A stretch of DNA of 64,000 bases from an uncultured archaeon (GTDB lineage: Archaea; Asgardarchaeota; Lokiarchaeia; Sigyniarchaeales; SOKP01). A model generated the notes under the pieces. The model searched no databases. It had not been told where the DNA came from and was given only the letters and a program-made list of their open reading frames with translations. Location: NCBI GenBank assembly GCA_964486045.1, contig CAZALK010000001.1, forward strand, positions 904,242 to 968,241, written 5' to 3'. Positions 29,489-40,440 of this stretch are shown here, in pieces. The translations under genes were made by a program, and so were the position numbers. How positions within the stretch are numbered: the stretch's first letter is position 1; every line of letters starts with the position of its first letter.

Positions 29489-31144
29489 ATGGCAATAAGA
29501 GATCTTACAGACAACAAAAATTATTTTGAGAAATTACCAAATATCGTGCTTATATCATGGCATTATGATAACGAATCTATTGGTCCCTATCCTTATTGTG
29601 GGAGACGTGAAATAATCTGCGGACCTAACCTGCAAAATAGAGATTCTAAAGAAAGAAAATTTATTCGTACAAGTGGACGTTTTTTTGATATAGATGAAGT
29701 GCTTTCACAGCTAAATGAAAATGATCAAAAAATTGATTTAATTGTTTCTATCCTTGAAAGTAGCAATAAAATCAGTTTTCCAAAAAATTTATCTAAAATA
29801 AAATGTCCTAAACTTGCTTTAGTTACTGACACACATCATTCAATGTACCCTATAAGTTCAGTAATTCGTTACATAAAACGCGAAAAATTTGAACATATGC
29901 TTATTTTTGCACAACCAGCTCACTTACATTTTTTTTATGAAGCAAGTATTAAACATTGTGCATATATTCCACGGCCTGTACTGAAGCTCGAAACAGTGGA
30001 TAATAAAAAACCTTGGGTAACATTCATTGGAAAAAGGTGGAAATCCTCACATCCACGTCGCAGTAGGATGTTACAATTTTTAGAAAAAAAGTTGCCCAAG
30101 AAAAATATCCCATTTCATAGATATAACCGTCTTTCCAAACCAAATTGGAGAAAAGTTTTAACCCATTCAAAAATAGTTGTTGTTAGTAGTTTAAATGGAC
30201 AAATAACTCCTCAAATATATAGTGCCCTTTGTGCTGGAGCATTATGTCTCGCTGACGAATTAAGTTCACAAACATCCCTTTATCGATTTTTTGAACCTGG
30301 AAAACATTTCGTTGAATGGAATAGTTTTGAAGATTTGCTAGAAAAAATTATTTATTATTATAATCATCCTGGCGAAGCAGAAGCAATTGCTAAAGCAGGG
30401 AATCTCCAAGCTGAAAATATATACATAAGTTATGAAAGTTTTCCACATTTTGTTTCAGAATTTGTTTTTGAAAATAAAATTGATGAATGTTTATTAGCTA
30501 TAAAAGATCATCGATGTCAGGAAAATAGTAATGAAGCACGGGAATATTTTAATGCAAGAGTAAGGTTATATGAAAATATTCAAGAATTGCACCGTATTCA
30601 CGAATCTTTGAGGTTAATTTCGATGACAGATAAAAATCTTAAACCATCCGCAGATTTAGCTGATTTACAAAGATTAAAAATAACTCATACTTTTATTTCT
30701 GATATTTCAAAAAAAGAAGCTGACTTTTACTTTGAGAGTGTTGGAGTGAGTCATCAAATAAAAACAATTATGATAAATAAAATACAAAAATATCGTTCAT
30801 TTGATATTGGAATTTTAGAAACCCCAACAAACCAAGCTGTTTGGAAATTTCTGGTGAATAATATTTCGAGTCTACTTAAATTGAATTCATTATTATGGGT
30901 GTTAGGCAAACTAACATCTAATGATAAAGAGATTTTAAAAGGAGAAGGTTTTAAACCTTATTTCTTGAATAAAACTTCAGCAATGTCAACAATTAGAGAA
31001 AAGAGTAAAAAGCTATGTTTTTTGTTTTGGAAAATGGGGATGTATCCTTTCCCATACTTAACATTAAAACCAACTATGGAAACAACTACTAATCTAAATG
31101 TATTTCTACGAGGTTGGCAGTCTAATTTATCATTTATATATTAG
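29489..31144 (+). CDS. glycosyltransferase-like protein (CgeB/Glyco_trans_1_2-like domain) with extra C-terminal domain
   Basis: DTHH, HPRRSR, SLNGQ, LCAGA, FEPGKHF, IAKAG. Confidence 0.65.
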   Translation: MAIRDLTDNKNYFEKLPNIVLISWHYDNESIGPYPYCGRREIICGPNLQNRDSKERKFIRTSGRFFDIDEVLSQLNENDQKIDLIVSILESSNKISFPKNLSKIKCPKLALVTDTHHSMYPISSVIRYIKREKFEHMLIFAQPAHLHFFYEASIKHCAYIPRPVLKLETVDNKKPWVTFIGKRWKSSHPRRSRMLQFLEKKLPKKNIPFHRYNRLSKPNWRKVLTHSKIVVVSSLNGQITPQIYSALCAGALCLADELSSQTSLYRFFEPGKHFVEWNSFEDLLEKIIYYYNHPGEAEAIAKAGNLQAENIYISYESFPHFVSEFVFENKIDECLLAIKDHRCQENSNEAREYFNARVRLYENIQELHRIHESLRLISMTDKNLKPSADLADLQRLKITHTFISDISKKEADFYFESVGVSHQIKTIMINKIQKYRSFDIGILETPTNQAVWKFLVNNISSLLKLNSLLWVLGKLTSNDKEILKGEGFKPYFLNKTSAMSTIREKSKKLCFLFWKMGMYPFPYLTLKPTMETTTNLNVFLRGWQSNLSFIY

Positions 31145-31244
31145 AATTACTCAAAGTCTTTCGTAACTATAATTTTAAACTCTCAAAGGTATTCGAATTT
31201 AAGTTTAGGAAATGAGTCAGGAGTGTAACACTCATAATTAATAT

Positions 31245-32021
31245 TCATAGATAAATCACGCCTATTCCAGCCCAATTTTGGTTTACGTCTTTGATGATCT
31301 CAACAGAATCGTACTCATTTTTTATTTCATTCCAAAACTTACTAACCTCACATTCATGCTTGGGGGAAATCTCAACTATATCATGCAATGCAATAATACC
31401 TCCTTCTTTAACTAAACCCAAGTACATGTTGAAGTCTCTTTTAACACCTTCATAGGTGTGATCTCCATCGATAAATAGAAAATCAACCATTCTACCATCA
31501 AGAACGATCTTAGCGAGTTCAAGCGTTTTCTGATTATGAGAATCGGCTCTTAATAAATCGATTTTTTGTCTCCTTTTCGCAAAAGATTGATAGAGAGGGA
31601 CCTTCCATTTGGTATAACCTCCTCCAAAAGGTCCTCCTGGAAGATCTATACTTATTAGATTGGCTTCGGGATGGGCTATTTTTGTAAAAAGAAAAAAGGT
31701 TCCTCCCCCAGCTGTTCCTATTTCCAAGATTGTTTTAGGTTTTAATTCTTTAAGAATTTCAAGGAGTTTAGTTATCTCATATTTAACTTGACACGTTCTA
31801 ATAGTAAAACCAAGATATTGAAAAGAGAAAGCAAACTGAATAATATCCTTAATATCATTAATTTTCTTGATTTCTTTATTTAAAAACTTTCCTTTATTCA
31901 ATTTTAAAACGATTATTGGACTAAGTAATTTCATCACTTTAGAATAAATGTAAAATGCCGATTTCTTAAGAACTGGGGGCATTATCCTATATAGCTGTAA
32001 AATTCTGTTTTTAAATGACAT
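31245..32021 (-). CDS. Methyltransf_24-type SAM methyltransferase
   Basis: LEIGTAGGGT, FLFIDGDHTYEGV, IALHDI, GIGV. Confidence 0.88.
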   Translation of the reverse strand: MSFKNRILQLYRIMPPVLKKSAFYIYSKVMKLLSPIIVLKLNKGKFLNKEIKKINDIKDIIQFAFSFQYLGFTIRTCQVKYEITKLLEILKELKPKTILEIGTAGGGTFFLFTKIAHPEANLISIDLPGGPFGGGYTKWKVPLYQSFAKRRQKIDLLRADSHNQKTLELAKIVLDGRMVDFLFIDGDHTYEGVKRDFNMYLGLVKEGGIIALHDIVEISPKHECEVSKFWNEIKNEYDSVEIIKDVNQNWAGIGVIYL

Positions 32022-32554
32022 ATTATTGCAACATTATTTATACAATTGAGTAATGTAATTTAAGTACTTGATTATTATTAGGTTGTCTATTTTCTTGTTG
32101 ATACATTGTTACGATTATAGAGTCATTGAAAGGACTTCTTACTACGCGGGTATTTTTAATTTTATAAATCAAAAATCTATGAAGTAGAAGATATGAAAAT
32201 CCTTAATGATTGTGCTAATAATCCAATTAATAAAAACCTTGTTAGGGTATGTAATAAGGCTAGACCGATAGAAATCGATGAAAATATTAAAATTCCAATC
32301 AAATTTTTTTATTTTTCTTCTTTTAAATTTATAATTTTATCGTAAATAAAAGTAAAAATGGTAAATAATACCAAAAAAAGAAAATGGAATTGAAGGTCAA
32401 TATGGGAAACTAAAGTTTATTGAAAACTAATTTAAGATAGATCTATCAAATCCACTTTAAAAGGTTTTAAATTGTGGATCTCGTAAATTAAAAAGATTAC
32501 ATATTTTTGATAAAGATAAAATTTTAAATTTTAAAAGCCATACCAAATATACTT

Positions 32555-33124
32555 ATGGCACATAAAGAACAAAGAGATTTTATAAAAAGGCTTAAAAAAG
32601 AATTCCCGAAGGCATTTAAAGAGCGTAAAGTGTTGGACATAGGTTCTTTTGATGTGAATGGCAATGAAGAACCATTTTTTGACAATTGTGACTTTATTGG
32701 ATTGGATATAGGTCCTGGGCCAGGTGTTCATGTTGTTTGTCCAATACAAGATTATAATGCTCCCGATGAAACATTTGGTACCATTATTTCGTGTGAATGT
32801 TGGGAACATAACCCATTCTTTAAAGAAAGTATTCCGAATGTGATAAGAATGTTAAAATCAGGAGGTTATTTCATTTTTACTTGTGCCACCACCGGTAGAC
32901 CAGTTCATGGGGTTGCTTCAATGGAAAAAGAATGTAAAGAAAAATATGAAAATTGGAAAACAATGCCAAATGTTTCACGAGAGAACTGGGATAATGAATA
33001 TTATAAAACCTTAACAGAATCTGATATAAGAGAATGTATGGATGTAGATGAAATATTTAAAGAATATGAATTTGAAGTGGAGACTAATCACTGCGATTTA
33101 TATTTCTGGGGGATTAAAAAATAA
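32555..33124 (+). CDS. SAM-dependent methyltransferase
   Basis: VLDIGSFDVNG, GLDIGPG, SCECWEHNP, LKSGG. Confidence 0.85.
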   Translation: MAHKEQRDFIKRLKKEFPKAFKERKVLDIGSFDVNGNEEPFFDNCDFIGLDIGPGPGVHVVCPIQDYNAPDETFGTIISCECWEHNPFFKESIPNVIRMLKSGGYFIFTCATTGRPVHGVASMEKECKEKYENWKTMPNVSRENWDNEYYKTLTESDIRECMDVDEIFKEYEFEVETNHCDLYFWGIKK

Positions 33125-33317
33125 AAATTAAGATATAATTGTAAGATCAATACATATTTCAAAATGAAACTACGTTTTAACCTCCTCGGGATTATACTTT
33201 TATCAAATAACAATAAACAATACTCTTTCCTTCAATTAATTATATTAATATATTTTTAACGCTTTCACTGGAATTTTAAAAAATATTTAATTAAAAGAAC
33301 TTATTTATCCCTATTAA

Positions 33318-34235
33318 ATGAGAAATACAGATCAATCAAAAAATAACTATTTTTCAATTTTAATGGCTAATTTTAATAATGCCAGATTTATTAAGACTGC
33401 TATAAACAGTGTCATTTCTCAGACATATCCATACTGGGAATTAATTATTGTAGATGATTGTTCTACAGATAATTCATTAACTATTATTAATCATTTACTA
33501 AAAGATGATAGAATTAAATTAATAAGACATGAAAGAAATCAGGGATATGGAGGTTCTTTAAAAACTGCTGCAGCTAACGGATTAAATGATATAATTGGAA
33601 TAGTTGATGCAGATGATAAGCTCCATAAAGATGCTTTAAAAATTATTGCAGATGCTTATCAAAAAAATCCTGATTATGGTTTTATTTATAGTACTATGTG
33701 GGAATGTGACGCCCAATTAAAGAATTGCATAAAAAACAGATGGATAGGATATGACGTGCCAAAAAAAACAAATATTTTTAAAATTAAGATATCTCATTTT
33801 AAAACTTTTCTAAGAAGAGCTTATTTAAAGACATCTGGTTTCGATCCAGACCAAAAGAGAGCTGTGGATAAAGATATTATTTTTAAATTAGAAGAAGTAA
33901 CTAAATTCAAATTTGTAAATATTCCCCTATATTATTACAGATGGCATAGGGAAGGAATCTCACAAGCTAAAAGTTCATTTCAACCAGAATTTTACCATTA
34001 TCTAGCGAAATTAAAAGCCTATAAAAGAAGACTGAATACGAAAATTCCCAACTTCACTAGAAAACAGATTTCTTTTGAATACTATAGAATAACCTTTTAT
34101 AAAGTAATCCATTTTCTGCTTTATTTGTATGACAAATTAAAAATTAGAGCTCTAGTTAAAGGATCGCTAGAAAAAAACTATTATATTCTTGAGTCCATTA
34201 AATTGAAGCTAAGATTTCTAAAAAAATTTAATTAA
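33318..34235 (+). CDS. GT2-family glycosyltransferase
   Basis: SILMANFN, VDDCSTD, DADD. Confidence 0.9.
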   Translation: MRNTDQSKNNYFSILMANFNNARFIKTAINSVISQTYPYWELIIVDDCSTDNSLTIINHLLKDDRIKLIRHERNQGYGGSLKTAAANGLNDIIGIVDADDKLHKDALKIIADAYQKNPDYGFIYSTMWECDAQLKNCIKNRWIGYDVPKKTNIFKIKISHFKTFLRRAYLKTSGFDPDQKRAVDKDIIFKLEEVTKFKFVNIPLYYYRWHREGISQAKSSFQPEFYHYLAKLKAYKRRLNTKIPNFTRKQISFEYYRITFYKVIHFLLYLYDKLKIRALVKGSLEKNYYILESIKLKLRFLKKFN

Positions 34236-35363
34236 TTATGTCTTATAAAGCAGTTCTTCAATTAAATTGACCCATTTATTAAAAAATTTACTTTTTACGA
34301 AAATATTAATGCGTTCGGTTGATTTTTTGGAAAATCTTTCTCTGGCTTCTTGGTTTTTAGCTAAATAAATCATTTTTTCCCCTAAATCACTTGAATCTGC
34401 TACATTAGTTAAAATGCCATATTTTCCATTGGCTAGTATTTCTTTTGGGCCTGTTTCGCAGTCGGTTGAAACTATTGGTAGGTTACAAACTAAAGCTTCA
34501 ATTAACACAGTAGGGAGACCTTCGTGTAGAGAAGAAAGTACAAAGATATCCGCTTTTGAAAGGTATTTATAAGGATTCTTCTTAGTTCCAAGTAGAATCA
34601 CCTTATTTTCTAGTTGTTTATCTTTTATTGATTTCATTAATTTTGCTCTTAATGGTCCCTCCCCAATTATAAACAATCTAGAATTGGGGATTTCTTTAAT
34701 CACTTTAGAAAAGGCATTAATCAGGTATTTATGTCCTTTTTCCTTTGATAATCTACCAATCGTTATGAATTTGATTAAACTTGTATTATTTAGTATTTCA
34801 TTATAATCACTAACGTTTTCTTTTGCTAGTTTTTGGATTCCTTCAATATCGAAACCATTATAAATCGGCCTAATTTTCATTCCATCCAATCTATACTTAT
34901 TAACTAAAATATTTTTAAGCTCTTTTGAAACAGGTACAATTGTACTTACTTTTTTTAAAGGATATAAGAATCTAATTAAATATTTTCCGTATAGTCTTTT
35001 ACGATAATGAAAATTTGGATTAGTATTTAAACTTATAATTAGTGGAGAATCATTTTTGTATATATACATAAATGGAATAATCCAGAAACTTGTTTTATTC
35101 ATAAAAGTAATAATAATATCTGGGGAAATCGATTTAATTATTTTGTGAATTTTGAAATACCTTAAAAAAACACCTCTAAAATGATGTCTTTCTTGAATAG
35201 TATAATATTTCCCTTTGAAGGGATAAATCTCAGGGAAATGAAAAAAAGTAAGTATAGAGATATCATACTTTTTTGACAAATTTAAAGAAAGATCTGAAGC
35301 TACTTTTTCAGCACCTCCACCAAACATTAAGGAGGGGACTAAAATTAAAATTTTTTTACTCAT
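34236..35363 (-). CDS. GT4-family glycosyltransferase
   Basis: GGGAEK, IGRLSKEKG, SSLHEGLPTVLIEA. Confidence 0.9.
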   Translation of the reverse strand: MSKKILILVPSLMFGGGAEKVASDLSLNLSKKYDISILTFFHFPEIYPFKGKYYTIQERHHFRGVFLRYFKIHKIIKSISPDIIITFMNKTSFWIIPFMYIYKNDSPLIISLNTNPNFHYRKRLYGKYLIRFLYPLKKVSTIVPVSKELKNILVNKYRLDGMKIRPIYNGFDIEGIQKLAKENVSDYNEILNNTSLIKFITIGRLSKEKGHKYLINAFSKVIKEIPNSRLFIIGEGPLRAKLMKSIKDKQLENKVILLGTKKNPYKYLSKADIFVLSSLHEGLPTVLIEALVCNLPIVSTDCETGPKEILANGKYGILTNVADSSDLGEKMIYLAKNQEARERFSKKSTERINIFVKSKFFNKWVNLIEELLYKT

Positions 35364-35572
35364 CAGTAGGATTTTATTCTATTTCAGGAATATATATTAG
35401 TAGTTTTAAATGGCTTTAAATTGTTAAAATTTATTAAATTTTAGATGAAGGTTAAGTATTTACTTTAGGTTCATTACTGAAAAAACTTAAGGAAATAGAA
35501 TATTATTAAAATCCACCAGAGTATTTAATAATTAAATTAAAAACAAATAAATTATTACTACTAAATCATACT

Positions 35573-36724
35573 ATGGACGATCTTATCCCTATTGAGGAAG
35601 TTGTTAAAGAAAATCCTCGAGTTAAAGAACTTGAACAACAAGGTTTTATCATCAAACCTGAAAAGATTGATGAATACTTAAATGAGTTTAAGAACAGGAT
35701 ATCTGCTTTACCTGATGAAAAATTCTGGAATGACAAAAGAGTGTTAATAACTGGAATTAGTGGGTTTGCAGGAAGCCATTTAGCAGAACAATTATTAAAT
35801 TTAGGTTGTAAAGTTCATGGGACTATACGTAGGCATGCTGTGCCTATGCATGAGAATATCGAACATCTTAGAGGTAAAATTACATTACATGAAGCTGACA
35901 TCACATCAGCAGAAAGGATTCTTAGCATATTTGAGGAAATACAACCAAACGCTGTATTTCATCTAGCTGCTGAATCTTTTATACCAACTTCTTTTAGAGA
36001 ACCCATAAGAGTAAGTTATAATAATATAGTAGGTACAATTACGATTTTTGAAGCCGCAAGAAGGTTTGATGACGATTTAAATAGTATACATGTTGCTTGT
36101 AGTAGCGAACAATACGGTTTAGTAGATCCGAATGAAGTTCCTGTAACAGAAAATATAAAGAAAAACCCATTCCGTCCTAGAAGCATTTATGGAATATCTA
36201 AATGCGCAACAGAGCAAATAGCTTGGTTATATCATGATGCTTACGGTGTACCAAGTATTATTACTCGGGGTTTTAATCATGAAGGTCCTAGAAGAGGAAT
36301 TCAGTTCGTTACAAGTGTAGTGCATAGACAAATTGTTGAGATTCTGGAAAATAAAAGAGATAAAATAATTATTGGAAATCCTAATTCTATACGAGATTTT
36401 ACACATGTAAAGGATACAGTGAACGCTTATATCTTAACGAGCGAAAAAAAGATTTATGGAGAACCTTTTAATGTTTGTTCTGGGAAAGGAATTAGCATCG
36501 CAGATTACGTGAAATTAGCAAAAAATTTATACAATCTGAATAATGAAGTTTTTATCGACCCGAAAAGGCTTAGACCCAGTGAAGTGCCATTGTTAGTTGG
36601 TAGAAATGAGAAAATTCACCGAAAAACTGGATGGCTACCAACGAGAACTGTTATTGATATTATAAAAGAAGGAGTTCAATACTTTCAAGAACATCAAGAG
36701 CAATTAGGAATTGAAGCCCATTAA
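35573..36724 (+). CDS. gmd: GDP-mannose 4,6-dehydratase-like SDR
   Basis: TGISGFAG, HLAAESF, SSEQYG, YGISK, FNHEGPRRG, RPSEV. Confidence 0.75.
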   Translation: MDDLIPIEEVVKENPRVKELEQQGFIIKPEKIDEYLNEFKNRISALPDEKFWNDKRVLITGISGFAGSHLAEQLLNLGCKVHGTIRRHAVPMHENIEHLRGKITLHEADITSAERILSIFEEIQPNAVFHLAAESFIPTSFREPIRVSYNNIVGTITIFEAARRFDDDLNSIHVACSSEQYGLVDPNEVPVTENIKKNPFRPRSIYGISKCATEQIAWLYHDAYGVPSIITRGFNHEGPRRGIQFVTSVVHRQIVEILENKRDKIIIGNPNSIRDFTHVKDTVNAYILTSEKKIYGEPFNVCSGKGISIADYVKLAKNLYNLNNEVFIDPKRLRPSEVPLLVGRNEKIHRKTGWLPTRTVIDIIKEGVQYFQEHQEQLGIEAH

Positions 36725-36751
36725 AGTTTTAATATAATTTATATGAAATAA

Positions 36752-37468
36752 TTATATATTTAATATTTCTTTTTGAATCTGAATCAATTCTAATACTCCC
36801 TTTTCCCCTAATTCAATTATATCACTTAATTTATCCTTAGAAAATGGTGCACCTTCTGCTGTCCCTTGCACTTCAATAATTTCTGAATCTTCATTCATCA
36901 CTAAGTTTAAATCAACATCTACTTTAGAGTCTTCAGCATAATTCAAATCTAGAAGAATTTGATTATCTTTGATACCTAATGAAATAGCTGCTAAAACTTT
37001 ATAATCCGGAAAGTCGTATACCAGTTGTTGATTGTATAAGTAATTCATTGCATCAAAAACTGCAATGAATGCTCCAGTTATGGCTGCACATCTAGTTCCT
37101 CCATCCGCTTGAATCACATCACAATCAATCCTTATTGTTCTTTCCCCAAGTTTCTCGTAATTAAAAGCCGCTCGTAAACTTCTTCCAATCAACCTTTGAA
37201 TCTCTTGTGATCTACCTCTATTTGTATCCCTTTGATTTCTAGTTTGAGTAGCCCTAGGTAACATTGAATATTCTGCTGTAATCCATCCTGTTCCCGTATC
37301 TAATAGAAACCTCGGAACTGACTCCATAACTGATGCTGTTACAATAATTTTAGTGTTTCCTTGTGTTATTAAAACAGATCCCTCAGGGTACTTAAGATAA
37401 TTCCTTTCAATCTTAATCTTTCTTAACTCGTCAAATTTCCTGCCATCAAATCTTATATTCCCCACCAT
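36752..37468 (-). CDS. rph: ribonuclease PH, bacterial type
   Basis: GWITAEYSMLPRAT, EIQRLIGRSLRA, DCDVIQADGGTR, IIEVQGTAEG. Confidence 0.92.
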   Translation of the reverse strand: MVGNIRFDGRKFDELRKIKIERNYLKYPEGSVLITQGNTKIIVTASVMESVPRFLLDTGTGWITAEYSMLPRATQTRNQRDTNRGRSQEIQRLIGRSLRAAFNYEKLGERTIRIDCDVIQADGGTRCAAITGAFIAVFDAMNYLYNQQLVYDFPDYKVLAAISLGIKDNQILLDLNYAEDSKVDVDLNLVMNEDSEIIEVQGTAEGAPFSKDKLSDIIELGEKGVLELIQIQKEILNI

Positions 37469-37600
37469 CTAATAATAACCAATTTTTGTTAATCTAATTA
37501 CTAATAAAAATGATAGTAATTGAAAGTTTTATATGCAAAGAGTCTACTATTATATTTTTTGTTAAGTAAAAAAGTTAATTAAATTCAAGGTAATTTCTTT

Positions 37601-38704
37601 TCACTCCACCATAGGATAAGATCCCAATATTTTGTACCAAATCACATTTTCGTTCATTTTTTCAATAATTTTAACGACTTTCGGATCATTTTTATCACCT
37701 TCGAAATCCATCAGAAAAATATACTCCCACCGACCTTTCCTTCGTGGGCGAGATTCAATTTTCAATAAATTAATATTTCCATCAGCGTAAATCTCCAATA
37801 CTCGATATAGGGAGCCGGGTGTATGTTTAGTAACAAAAACAACAGACGTTTTGATTTTCCCCTCTTTCTGTTCATTCTCTTTTTTGGAAATTATAAGAAA
37901 TCTGGTAAAATTTAAGGAACTATCTTCGATATTGGAGCTTAGAACTTTCAGATTATAAATACGACTCGAAAATTCAGTTCCTATAGCCGCATATGATTCA
38001 TCCTCTAATTCCTTAACCTTTCGGGCAGCTTCAGCTGTAGAATTTACACTAATTAGAGTAGCATTTGGTAAATTTGCTTTAATCCAAGCTCTTGACTGAG
38101 CAAAGGCTTGTGGATGCGAAATTAGGGTCTTTATTTTTGATAATTCTGAATCTTTCAAAGAAATTAAATTTTGGACAATCCTTAATTCAATCTCTCCATA
38201 AATAATTACATTTTTCTCGATTAACAAGTCAAGTGTATCTCTAACGGTACCCTGAAGGCTATTTTCAATGGCAATGACCCCAAAATCAACAATGTCTTTT
38301 TCAATCCTTTCAAATATTTCTATTAAACTATTAGATGTAATGAATTCTGATCCTGCTTTTGGAAAATATTCAAGAGCTGCTTGATGGGTAAAGGTTCCAT
38401 TTGGTCCTAGATAACCAACTCGATTTTTTAAACCTTGAATTAATTTACTGGCGCTTACGATTTCTTCCCAAATTGCTTCTATACTTGTATTTTTAAAAAC
38501 AATTGATTTGTTTTTTAACCTTTCAATAATTTCCTTTTCTCTTTGAGGTTGAAAAATCTTAAGATCTAATTTTTTCTTAAGATTTCCAATTTTAATTACG
38601 TTATTTCCACGTTCATTTAGAAGATCTACAAGATCATCATCAATTTTATCGATGTCTTCTCTTAATTTTCTTAATTCTTTTTTTAGATTATTTTGGTCAT
38701 TCAT
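37601..38704 (-). CDS. pheA: bifunctional chorismate mutase/prephenate dehydratase
   Basis: N-terminal AroQ domain (LREDIDKIDDDL), YLGPNGTFT, ENSLQG, SHPQA, NFTRF, ACT domain KIESRP. Confidence 0.93.
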   Translation of the reverse strand: MNDQNNLKKELRKLREDIDKIDDDLVDLLNERGNNVIKIGNLKKKLDLKIFQPQREKEIIERLKNKSIVFKNTSIEAIWEEIVSASKLIQGLKNRVGYLGPNGTFTHQAALEYFPKAGSEFITSNSLIEIFERIEKDIVDFGVIAIENSLQGTVRDTLDLLIEKNVIIYGEIELRIVQNLISLKDSELSKIKTLISHPQAFAQSRAWIKANLPNATLISVNSTAEAARKVKELEDESYAAIGTEFSSRIYNLKVLSSNIEDSSLNFTRFLIISKKENEQKEGKIKTSVVFVTKHTPGSLYRVLEIYADGNINLLKIESRPRRKGRWEYIFLMDFEGDKNDPKVVKIIEKMNENVIWYKILGSYPMVE

Positions 38705-38750
38705 CTCAAAGCCCTCAATTATTATTCATATAAAAAATTTAAGATTTAAA

Positions 38751-40430
38751 CTAATCAAAAAACTTTTCAATATTTAATTCCATTGCCGCAACAGGAAATT
38801 CTAATTTAAAATTTAATAAAACTTCTGGATCTATTTCACCAATTTCACCAATAACCGAATTACCTAAAAAAATTTCTCCAAATCTTCCATCAATGTAGCT
38901 TACATTTTTACCAGGGCTTACTTGGTAATCACTATAATATCCAAGCGAAGTCATAACGAAGTCTAAAGTAGATTTAAGCTCTGTATAATTTGCATCTTCA
39001 TGATAAGACACAGCAGATAGATGGACCTCTCTTTTTGTTCCCGTTTCTTCTTTTCTATCTAATAAAAGAACATCACCAACTTCGAAGATTCTAATTGGTT
39101 TCTCCTCAGATCTATTTAAAAGTAAGGTATTCATTAATTTTGGAAGCAATTTTGTTCTAGTTGTATTATACTCTTTAGAAACAGGATTTGCAATCTCAAC
39201 AATATCTTCCATCACAAATTCTTGTTTCATATAGTCAAATTGTTTTTCAGAGCTAGCAAGAATGAAATTTAAAACCTCTAGATATCCTGCCCCTATCATA
39301 ATTTTCCTTATTCTATTTGAATAATCTTGAATAGGATGATACTGTCCTATACCGCCTAGATGGATAGTCAAAGGTAAATTAACGTATCCAAACCCTATAG
39401 CACATTCTTCAGTAAAATCTACTGGATGCATTAAATCTCCTCTGTACGCAGGTACTAAAACATCTAAATAACCATTCTTTTTGGATTTTTTAGCATTCAT
39501 TCTCACTTTCTTAAAACACTTTATCATCTCTGAAATTGATAAGCTTAATCCAATTACATTGTTAATATAATCAATTTCAACCTCCCATCTTGTTGGTTCT
39601 AAATTAGGAGTCACAATTTCTCTCTCTCCTTCATAATTCACTTTGACACTTTCAATTTTTGCCCCCATATCTGCTAATGTTGTAGATAAGATATTTAATG
39701 CTAAATTTACAGCTTTAAAATCGGTACCAGTTAAATCTAAAAACAAATTTTTTGTATCATCTGTCACCGTAGTGAGTTCACCATTTATGATAGGTGGGAA
39801 GGATAATACTTCATTTTTTCCATCAAGGATGACAGGGTATACTTCTTTACCTTCTAAAATATGAGCATACTCGATTCCTTTTTCGTGTAATAATAGAATT
39901 TCCTCTAAATTCATTGGATAACCATCTCCATGAAGGGGAGTAAAGCTGACTGAATCTGGTTTTACTGCAGTATATTTGTATGGGGGGATAATTTTATCTA
40001 AATCATGAACACCAATTGCAACTTTTTTTCTATCCCTACCAACAGCCCAATGTAAGTGTTCTTGAATATTCATCAGAGTTGCAACTTCATCTTCATCCAA
40101 ATCAATATCTCTAATAACACCACAGACTATATATGGCCTTACTTTTTTCACACTCGGATCCACAGTAATGGATATAGGTCCTGGCTTAATATCATAAGAA
40201 GGAAGACCTTCTTCAATTTCATAATATCCTTTGAGAGTTCTAGCAATACCCTCTGGACTTGAAAAATCTGGTCTATTTGGATTATATTCCACTTTTATTT
40301 TTTGTTCTTCTTCATTGATATCTTCTAAATCCAAGCTAATCCATTGTAAATCATACTCTAATTTCTTTATATCTAATTGTTTTCCAACTAATTTTTCTAA
40401 TCTTTCTACTTTCAAATCAATTGTAGGCAG
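38751..40430 (-). CDS. pheT: phenylalanine--tRNA ligase beta subunit (archaeal type)
   Basis: PNRPD, AIGVHD, LSFPPIING, RIFEVGDV; start either GTG 40439 or CTG 40430. Confidence 0.93.
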   Translation of the reverse strand: MPTIDLKVERLEKLVGKQLDIKKLEYDLQWISLDLEDINEEEQKIKVEYNPNRPDFSSPEGIARTLKGYYEIEEGLPSYDIKPGPISITVDPSVKKVRPYIVCGVIRDIDLDEDEVATLMNIQEHLHWAVGRDRKKVAIGVHDLDKIIPPYKYTAVKPDSVSFTPLHGDGYPMNLEEILLLHEKGIEYAHILEGKEVYPVILDGKNEVLSFPPIINGELTTVTDDTKNLFLDLTGTDFKAVNLALNILSTTLADMGAKIESVKVNYEGEREIVTPNLEPTRWEVEIDYINNVIGLSLSISEMIKCFKKVRMNAKKSKKNGYLDVLVPAYRGDLMHPVDFTEECAIGFGYVNLPLTIHLGGIGQYHPIQDYSNRIRKIMIGAGYLEVLNFILASSEKQFDYMKQEFVMEDIVEIANPVSKEYNTTRTKLLPKLMNTLLLNRSEEKPIRIFEVGDVLLLDRKEETGTKREVHLSAVSYHEDANYTELKSTLDFVMTSLGYYSDYQVSPGKNVSYIDGRFGEIFLGNSVIGEIGEIDPEVLLNFKLEFPVAAMELNIEKFFD

Positions 40431-40440
40431 CGTTTTCACC

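Noticed and set aside
31221-31233. Palindrome GAGTGT-A-ACACTC between convergent genes
   Set aside because: Single short palindrome, expected by chance
32170-32305. ~42-codon hydrophobic minus-strand ORF (LIGILIFSSISIGLALL...)
   Set aside because: Too short, no SD or recognisable homology; possibly a decayed membrane-protein gene
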